Part shown: one piece after another, positions 7,655-13,680 of the stretch | How the letters are laid out: the number at the start of each line of letters is the position of its first letter | How positions within the stretch are numbered: position 1 is the stretch's first letter | NCBI GenBank assembly: GCA_051382335.1 | Contig: JBBCAX010000016.1 | Location: 1-13,680, forward strand | Direction of reading: 5' to 3' | Source of the DNA: Deltaproteobacteria bacterium TL4 | GTDB taxonomy: Bacteria; SAR324; NAC60-12 | DNA length: 13,680 nucleotides | The notes under the pieces: generated by a model | Seen by the model: the letters and a program-made list of their open reading frames with translations, nothing else | What the model was told of the DNA's origin: nothing | Database searches by the model: none | Made by a program: the position numbers and the translations under genes

Positions 7655-8439
7655 GAGGCTGGACCGGATTTCGTATAATGAGACCTTAGGAGGTCGTTTT
7701 TCATCAAAGACTCGACTCGGCGTAAGTCTTCGGGGGTGTCCACGGCATAACTCTCGGCGTTGGTCATGATCATCCGCACATCGAAACCATGTTCTAAGAC
7801 CCGCATCATGTCAACAGATTCTACGATCTCAAGGGGGGTTGGTTTTAATTCGTGATATTTGAGTAAAAAATCCCGTCGAAAGGGAATCACGCAGACTTGC
7901 TTCAACATGGGGACTTGAGCCGCTCCTTTTTTCCGTGAAGGAATAGGCTCTCTGGAAAAATAAAGGGCGTTTCCTTGTAAATCAACGACGACTTTAACCT
8001 GATTGGGATCCTCATGTTCCTCCCTTGTTTTTAACGGGCTCATAAGGTTTAAAACCAGAATGGACGCGTCATTCAACAGGGGTTGAGTCGCTTCATTGAG
8101 CATTTGAGGCGTGATCATCGGCTCATCCCCCTGAATCATCACCACAATATCGGTGCGTTGGCCCGTTTCTTTTTCAATTTTCAGTACGGCTTCTACGGTC
8201 CGGTCCGTACAACGTTCATGGGTGTCTCGGGTCATGACGGCTTTGCCGCCAATACTTTCAACATACTCATAAATTGCTTGATCACAGGTTGCCACATAGA
8301 CGTCCTGGAGCAACGGGCTCATTTTACAACGGTAATACACATGTCCGATCATGGGAATGTTGTGTATTTTTGCCAAGGGTTTTCCCGGGAACCGGCTGCT
8401 TCCCATACGTGCCGGTATAATGCCTATTACGTGACTCAT
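7651..8439 (-). CDS. kdsB: 3-deoxy-manno-octulosonate cytidylyltransferase-like (CMP-Kdo synthetase family)
   Basis: IIPARMGSSRFPGKPL, VATCD, CTDR, IQGDEP, VKVV...ALYFSREPIP, LEIVESVDMMRVLEHG and AVDTPEDL. Confidence 0.88.
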   Translation of the reverse strand: MSHVIGIIPARMGSSRFPGKPLAKIHNIPMIGHVYYRCKMSPLLQDVYVATCDQAIYEYVESIGGKAVMTRDTHERCTDRTVEAVLKIEKETGQRTDIVVMIQGDEPMITPQMLNEATQPLLNDASILVLNLMSPLKTREEHEDPNQVKVVVDLQGNALYFSREPIPSRKKGAAQVPMLKQVCVIPFRRDFLLKYHELKPTPLEIVESVDMMRVLEHGFDVRMIMTNAESYAVDTPEDLRRVESLMKNDLLRSHYTKSGPAS

Positions 8440-8443
8440 AGTT

Positions 8444-9205
8444 TTATTTTTTTCTTTCCATTACAGGGTTTTGCGCGGATTTATACAAGAATAGGGCATC
8501 AATGGAATAGGCTAAAAATTGATAGCCTTGAGCCAATTTTTCCTGGAGTGCCGCAGGCACATTTTGAACCACATGGGCGCCCATGGGGATTTGAGCTTCA
8601 AGAGCTTTAGTCCGGATGGTTTCCATAACCTCTAAAAATTCCGGATGCTCGAATTGAGCGGTCAGTCCCATGGAGGCTGATAAATCATAAGGTCCAACCA
8701 TAATTCCATCCAAATGCGCTACTCGTAAAATACTATCGAGTTGCTTGACGGCCTCAATATGTTCGATTTGCGCGATGAAGAGCAAATGATGTGCGTTTTT
8801 TACGTATTCGTCAAACTGTTTTCCAAATAAATTGGCCCGCGCGTAACCCACGCCTCTGCTTCCGAAAGGGGGATATAACGACCAGGAAATAGCTTGTCGC
8901 AATTGTTCGGCGCTTTCGATCATCGGAAAAATCAGTCCTTGAGCCCCAGCATCCAAAGCTTGTTTGATATCCTTTGCGAGAGCTTGAGCAATTCTGGCCA
9001 GGGGTACGGTTCCACCGAGTTCCAGGGCTCGGAACAAATCAGGAAGTTTTTCCTGCGAAAACCTTCCATGTTCCAAATCCACGGCAACCCAGTCATATCC
9101 GGCTTTCCCCATAATTTCAGCGACAGAGGTATCCGGAATTTGCATCCAGCTTCCAATCGTTGACTTTCCCTGCTTCAATTTGTTTTTAACATCCGAAATA
9201 TTCAT
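8444..9205 (-). CDS. HpcH/HpaI class II pyruvate aldolase family protein
   Basis: GYDWVAVDLEHG, PLARI (catalytic Arg), ALDAGAQG..PMIES, RGVG, AQIE (metal-binding Glu) and GPYDLS (metal-binding Asp). An AAGGA RBS precedes the ATG at 9205. Confidence 0.9.
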   Translation of the reverse strand: MNISDVKNKLKQGKSTIGSWMQIPDTSVAEIMGKAGYDWVAVDLEHGRFSQEKLPDLFRALELGGTVPLARIAQALAKDIKQALDAGAQGLIFPMIESAEQLRQAISWSLYPPFGSRGVGYARANLFGKQFDEYVKNAHHLLFIAQIEHIEAVKQLDSILRVAHLDGIMVGPYDLSASMGLTAQFEHPEFLEVMETIRTKALEAQIPMGAHVVQNVPAALQEKLAQGYQFLAYSIDALFLYKSAQNPVMERKK

Positions 9206-9406
9206 GGTGTGTTCCTTAAACGTATAAAAAAGTTCGGTTGAGCTTTTCAAAGCTTGTCCTCAGAGGTAAAAGAATGAAGCGGATGAAGCCGATCTCCTTA
9301 CGAGATTGTGCTCATTTATTGACGGAGTCAAATCCCATCGTGGAAAAACAAAATGCAAAATTTATGACTTCTCGGCATGTGTTGGTGATTTTAAATTTTT
9401 ATTCAT

Positions 9407-10960
9407 TTATATTACCTCTTTGATGGCAGAATTGAGTTCTTTCAGGCTAATAGGCTTCATGAGATAAATCCGAATCCCGAAATTCTTGGCGTTTTCCTGA
9501 GAAACCTGAGAACTAAAGCCTGTAATGAGAATGACAGGAAATTCAGGGCGCATTTCATGAATTTTTAGACTCAATTGAGTTCCCATCAACAACGGCATTG
9601 ACTGATCGGTGATCAGTAAGTCAAATTGCTCGGGTGTTTTCCGAAATGTTTCCCACGCTTCATTTCCGTTTTGGCAAGAGGTCACCTGATGTCCCTCCTG
9701 CTCAAGGCTGACCTTTAAGGCTTCCGCAACCAGCATTTCATCTTCCGCGATTAAAATTCGCTGACTTTGGCGATCAGAGGACAGTGGTTCCGAGTGAGAG
9801 ACCGGTTGAGTCCATTCTGTAGTAATAGCTGATTGTTCCTTGAGAGCGGGAAAGTAAAGATGAACGGTTGTTCCTTCTCCAAATTGAGATTCCAGCGCGA
9901 TAAAACCTTCATGCCGCCGTATGACGCTGTAAACAATGGAAAGTCCAAGACCTGTCCCCTCTTTAGAGGGGCCAAGGTACGTTCCGCCTAACCCCTTGGT
10001 TGTAAAAAAAGGTTCAAAGGCTCTGTCTTTTACTTCGGGAGACATTCCTAAGCCTGTATCCTTTATCATAAGGTGCAAATACTCTCCAGTTGGCATTTCG
10101 GGGATCAGAGGGGAGGGAGCCTCTAGGTTTTTCCTTTCCGCTCTGATCTCAAAAACACCCTTTTTGGTGCCCATCGTTTCTTTTGCATTCATAATCAGAT
10201 TCACTAAAACCTGATAAAGCTGAGACTCATCTCCCAAGATAGCGGGGCAGTCAGGGTGCGTATTTTCCACTATTTGAATGTTCACTGGAAAGGTGATTTG
10301 AGCCATTTGAACAGCATCCTTGATGAGGGAAGAGACGGAAATAGGTGCTAACGGCTGTTCTTCAGATTGTGCAAAATTTAAGAGTTGCTGAATAACGTGT
10401 TTACCACGTAAGGCTGCGGTGATTGAATTTTCGATATATTTGGAATTAAAGGGAGGTATTGTATACTGGCTTAAATATAGCTCGGAGTATCCCACAATAA
10501 TGGAAAGAATATTGTTCATGTCATGTGCAATACCGCCTGCCAGCGTTCCCAGCGATTGCATCTTTTGAGTTTGACTTAGTTTTTTCTCGGCCTTGATCCG
10601 TTTTAAGATCGATTGAACTCTTGCACGGAGGATGGTTTCATTAAGCGGTTTGTTTATGAAGTCAATTGCGCCTTCTTCCAAACATTTTTCCAAAGTATTG
10701 GACGATTGATCCGCAGTGAGCATGATCACAGGAATATTTTGGTAGTCTATTTTGGTTTTCAACTGGGTCAACAAGGTCAAGCCGTCAATCTTGGGCATGT
10801 GGATATCCATCAAAATTAAATCGACAGGAATATTTTTGAGAGTTTCGAATAAATACTGCGAATCAATCAAGACATCCACTTCGTAACCAAAGGATTCAAG
10901 TAATTGCGTACAGACTTCTGTGAAATACCGATCATCATCCACCACCAAAATACTAGTCAT
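9407..10960 (-). CDS. Hybrid sensor kinase REC-HisKA-HATPase-REC (cytoplasmic)
   Basis: REC1 (VVDDD, ILMDIHMP, FINKP), H-box GGIAHDMNNIL, N-box NLIMNA, G1 DTGLGM, FFTTK, G2 GTGLGL, and REC2 (IAEDE, LITDQSMP, MKP). GAGGTG RBS, 8-nt overlap with the upstream kinase. Confidence 0.92.
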   Translation of the reverse strand: MTSILVVDDDRYFTEVCTQLLESFGYEVDVLIDSQYLFETLKNIPVDLILMDIHMPKIDGLTLLTQLKTKIDYQNIPVIMLTADQSSNTLEKCLEEGAIDFINKPLNETILRARVQSILKRIKAEKKLSQTQKMQSLGTLAGGIAHDMNNILSIIVGYSELYLSQYTIPPFNSKYIENSITAALRGKHVIQQLLNFAQSEEQPLAPISVSSLIKDAVQMAQITFPVNIQIVENTHPDCPAILGDESQLYQVLVNLIMNAKETMGTKKGVFEIRAERKNLEAPSPLIPEMPTGEYLHLMIKDTGLGMSPEVKDRAFEPFFTTKGLGGTYLGPSKEGTGLGLSIVYSVIRRHEGFIALESQFGEGTTVHLYFPALKEQSAITTEWTQPVSHSEPLSSDRQSQRILIAEDEMLVAEALKVSLEQEGHQVTSCQNGNEAWETFRKTPEQFDLLITDQSMPLLMGTQLSLKIHEMRPEFPVILITGFSSQVSQENAKNFGIRIYLMKPISLKELNSAIKEVI

Positions 10961-12965
10961 TTAACACCTCGTTAATCAGTTTTTCAATTTGCTCAGAACC
11001 TCTTGAATTAATCTCCTGTTTTATTTGTCCCAATACCTGTGCGTAAGGAGAATCGTAGGCATCGCACAGCTCAGCAATTTTTTGAGTTTGACGACTCACG
11101 CGTGTGGTGAGATAGTGGGGAATTTCCGCAAGCACTCGGAATTCATTAAGAACTTCAGTCTTCAATTTCTCCGGTAACGGCGGTTTGTTTTGCTGATTGA
11201 GAGACGCCTTCAACGGTTTACCCCTCAGGTATTTGACCAAAAGGGGCATTAACTGGCCAATCTGTAACGGCTTTGTCAAGTAAGCCTGGAGCTTGATAGC
11301 CTCTGTCATTTTGATTGAGTCATCCGAAGATTCAGCGGATAGAGCGACAATCGGAATGTTTCCGCCTCCAGGATATTGGCGTATGTGAAGACTCGTTTCA
11401 ATGCCATCCATACCCGGCATATGAATATCCATCAAAATGAAATCGGGCGGTGTCCCTTTATCAATCAGACCGATGGTATAATCCAAGGCTTTTTGTCCAC
11501 CATCAAACAGATTGATTTCAAGGCGGAGGTCCTTAAATAAAAATCGTATCATTTCCTGATTTAATAAATTATCCTCAACGACCAGAATCCGATTATTGTC
11601 TGAAAACTCATAATTTTCCCATGCTGTGGATTCTTCAGAAAGATCCAGAATTTTGGCCTCAACCAAGGGGAGCCTCACCATAAAAACAGAGCCCTGACCT
11701 TCCTCACTTTCAACGGTGATCATTCCTTTGAGTAGGTGCGTGACTTGTTTGACTACCGTCAAACCCAGTCCGCTGCCTTCAAACTTCCGTGAGATGCTGG
11801 AATCTTTTTGTTCAAAAGCCTCAAAAATACGTTCTTGCGCGTGAGCCGGAATGCCGATGCCTTCATCTTCAACTTTCAAGAGGAAGAAGGAATCCTCTCG
11901 GCTTGCTGAAAGTTGGACGCTCTTCCCCTCAGGCGTAAATTTGATGGCATTGTTCAGTAAATGCATCAAAATTTGATTGAGTTTGCTACGGTCACTAATC
12001 ACAAATTCAGGCAATTGAGGAGAGTAATCATAATTGAAAGAAAGTTTTTTTTCGTTTGCCGCCGCTTTCACAATATGATAGGCACCCTGCACTAAAAGTT
12101 TAAGGTTCACGGTTTCGTTGTTCACCGTAATTTTGCCAGCATCCATTTTGGATAGATCCAGCACATTAGTGATCAACTCTGATAAATTATTACCGCTTTG
12201 ATAGATGTTTTGAAGGTAATGTTGAACTTCTTTGGGGAGTGACAAGGTTTGGGCTTTTTTGAACAAAAGCAGGCTAAATCCCACAATCGCATTGAGTGGC
12301 GTCCGGATTTCATGACTCATGTTTGCCAAAAACCGACTTTTGGACAGATTTGCAATTTCGGCAGCTTCTTTTGCGGACTTCAGATCTTCTTCTATCCGCT
12401 TTTGTGTCGTAACATCCGTCAAGGTAATGAGTAACCAGGGTTTCATGGCATGTTTGTGAAAATTCAGGTGTGTGCCTATCAGCGGGCCTTCGTGGGACAC
12501 AATTTGTAGATCCAGATGTTTCTCGAAGGAGTGCTCATAAAAGGAGTGTTCATAAAACGCATCAACAAATGTCAGAAATTTTTTTTGATCCGATGAGACA
12601 ATAAAGTCCGTTAAGGGCTTATGAAGTAATGATTGCTTCTCCACATGTAACAACTCTGCCAAGGTTTGATTTGCTTGCAGAATGACGCTCTTTTTGTTGA
12701 TGGTAATATAACCGACAGGAGAATTATCATAGAGTTGCAGGTAGTCTAGGTAGAGTTGCGTTGCTTCTTGCTGTGAATTTTCGAGTTCTTGTTGTGTCCG
12801 TATTAGCTCATTGTTCTGCATCTCCAACATAACCCGCTGAATATTCAAACCATGAATTATTTCCTGTGCTTCTTCCAAGGTCACCAAATCAGTTTTGGAG
12901 AGAAGTTTACTGACGATCTCTTCCGCTTGTTCCCGCATACGTTCAAATTGTTTATTTTCGGTCAT
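10953..12965 (-). CDS. Hybrid sensor kinase: coiled coil-PAS-HisKA-HATPase-REC plus a C-terminal helical extension
   Basis: LEMQNNEL coiled coil, PAS (LYDNSPVGY...ANQT), FLANMSHEIRTPLN, NNAIKFT, DEGIGI, GSGLGL, and REC (VVEDN, ILMDIHMPGMDG, LTKP). No transmembrane segment seen. Confidence 0.92.
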   Translation of the reverse strand: MTENKQFERMREQAEEIVSKLLSKTDLVTLEEAQEIIHGLNIQRVMLEMQNNELIRTQQELENSQQEATQLYLDYLQLYDNSPVGYITINKKSVILQANQTLAELLHVEKQSLLHKPLTDFIVSSDQKKFLTFVDAFYEHSFYEHSFEKHLDLQIVSHEGPLIGTHLNFHKHAMKPWLLITLTDVTTQKRIEEDLKSAKEAAEIANLSKSRFLANMSHEIRTPLNAIVGFSLLLFKKAQTLSLPKEVQHYLQNIYQSGNNLSELITNVLDLSKMDAGKITVNNETVNLKLLVQGAYHIVKAAANEKKLSFNYDYSPQLPEFVISDRSKLNQILMHLLNNAIKFTPEGKSVQLSASREDSFFLLKVEDEGIGIPAHAQERIFEAFEQKDSSISRKFEGSGLGLTVVKQVTHLLKGMITVESEEGQGSVFMVRLPLVEAKILDLSEESTAWENYEFSDNNRILVVEDNLLNQEMIRFLFKDLRLEINLFDGGQKALDYTIGLIDKGTPPDFILMDIHMPGMDGIETSLHIRQYPGGGNIPIVALSAESSDDSIKMTEAIKLQAYLTKPLQIGQLMPLLVKYLRGKPLKASLNQQNKPPLPEKLKTEVLNEFRVLAEIPHYLTTRVSRQTQKIAELCDAYDSPYAQVLGQIKQEINSRGSEQIEKLINEVLND
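12526..12555. repeat. In-frame 15-bp tandem duplication within the PAS domain
   Basis: AAGGAGTGCTCATAA AAGGAGTGTTCATAA (14/15 identical), giving FYEHSFYEHSF in the protein. Confidence 0.85.
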
Positions 12966-12991
12966 CGTGATTAACAGCTCATTTTGTTACT

Positions 12992-13014
12992 AAAATTATT
13001 CGACCTGTGCAGGT
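12992..13014 (-). repeat. 23-bp motif, right copy of the long-range inverted repeat
   Basis: Minus strand reads ACCTGCACAGGTCGAATAATTTT, starting 5 nt downstream of the transposase-remnant stop. Confidence 0.8.
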
Positions 13015-13019
13015 GTATT

Positions 13020-13480
13020 TCATGCGACCAGCTTAAACTCGAGGACCTGATTCTTAAACCAGTTTTGATGTTCCTGGTTCTTTTTTAAGGCTGTCACAGA
13101 AGCTAAGGCCACACTCTCTACTTTAGACCAGCTCATGCCATTGTTTTTTTGTCTTTCAGCCACGAGAAGATCATTGGCTTTTTCTCCCCGATTGCTAGAG
13201 TTCCGCAGCCCCAGCTGTTTTCGTATCTCATAAGCGGGAATCATAGGACGATTCTTTTCCAGATAACGGATCAAAGGAGAGAGTTCTTCCTGGTTTTTGA
13301 TCTGACTTTCGGGAAGATGCCTCAAATAATCAACCGTCTGTTCAACTAAGCCATGCCAGAGGAGAGGCCATAGTTTATCGAGTACGGAGTTGCGAAGCAG
13401 ACTACCTTTACAGGCCATACTCAAAAGTTCCTTACACTTTTTCTCCAGATGAAACCAATCCAGAATTATGGTGAGTTGGG
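13020..13480 (-). pseudogene. C-terminal remnant of a Mutator-like transposase (UPF0236 / ISKra4 / ISLre2-type), interrupted by ISAs1
   Basis: ILDWFHL, YLEKNR, GLRNSSNRGEKANDLLVAERQKNNGMSWS...ALA match prokaryotic MULE transposase C-termini. The ORF's GTG at 13493 lies inside the ISAs1 IR. Confidence 0.78.
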
Positions 13481-13680
13481 CAGGGCTGTTCACTTCTAAT
13501 TGGCGTAATTTATGCCGATACCTTTATAATTTAAGATTCTTTCCATATCCAGCGCATTTTCAAATAGTTCTTTGCTAATATTTTTTACGTTATTCGCCCT
13601 CATAATATTCAGTGCAAAACTTTTTAATCTTGCCATAATCCCTGGATTTTTCCGAATTCTAGATGCGTCTTCCCCCATGC
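13481..13680 (-). mobile_element. Right end of an ISAs1-family IS (partial), IR CAGGGCTGTTCAC at 13481
   Basis: Identical over 125 bp to positions 1-125 in inverted orientation, with a CAGGG terminus. Confidence 0.9.
13496..13678 (-). CDS. ISAs1-family transposase, C-terminal part (5' end outside the window)
   Basis: EDASRIRKNPGIMARLKSFALNIMR matches the ISAs1 ED..RIR...A.LR..ALN.L tail. Confidence 0.85.
   Translation of the reverse strand: MGEDASRIRKNPGIMARLKSFALNIMRANNVKNISKELFENALDMERILNYKGIGINYAN

Noticed and set aside
8444..9205. Naming the aldolase garL, hpcH or rhmA as a catabolic enzyme
   Set aside because: The family is clear, but there are no catabolic neighbours and the context is glycan biosynthesis, so the substrate is unknown.
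9305..9331. Minus-strand promoter TTGACT...CACAAT and the TTGAC-N3-GTCAA palindrome as an FNR/CRP box upstream of the aldolase
   Set aside because: The spacer is only 15 bp, and the palindrome has N3 rather than the N4 spacing of FNR sites. It may be regulatory but cannot be supported from the sequence.
1044..12434. Short alternative-frame and antisense ORFs (for example 3312-3704, 7310-7678, 8083-8610, 9238-9423, 9936-10214)
   Set aside because: They overlap well-supported genes or lack an RBS and any recognisable motif, so they are most likely shadow ORFs.
13020..13493. Intact 157-aa protein
   Set aside because: The start codon and first four codons come from the ISAs1 IR, and the rest is a transposase C-terminal fragment.

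Overview
Bacterial, AT-rich window, probably a whole contig broken at two identical, inward-facing right ends of an ISAs1-family IS (1-125 and 13481-13680). The left copy cuts off the 3' end of a MaoC/double-hotdog hydratase gene, and the right copy sits in a Mutator-like (UPF0236/ISKra4/ISLre2-type) transposase. On the + strand lie a HemW-like radical SAM gene and a two-gene operon (secreted caspase-family C14 protease plus TlpA-like CxxC redoxin) behind a near-consensus sigma70 promoter. A repeat-dense intergenic region follows: a REP doublet inside a MITE-like element, then nonamer repeats. The minus strand carries two overlapping hybrid histidine kinases and a coupled four-gene glycan operon (HpcH/HpaI aldolase, KdsB-like cytidylyltransferase, Zn-ribbon SAM methyltransferase, putative GT-B-like protein). 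The most interesting signals are that operon, which may make and transfer a non-canonical ulosonic acid, and a 23-bp inverted repeat (4802-4824 / 12992-13014) that brackets the whole 8.2-kb minus-strand block. All family assignments come from motif recognition by eye, and no searches were run.
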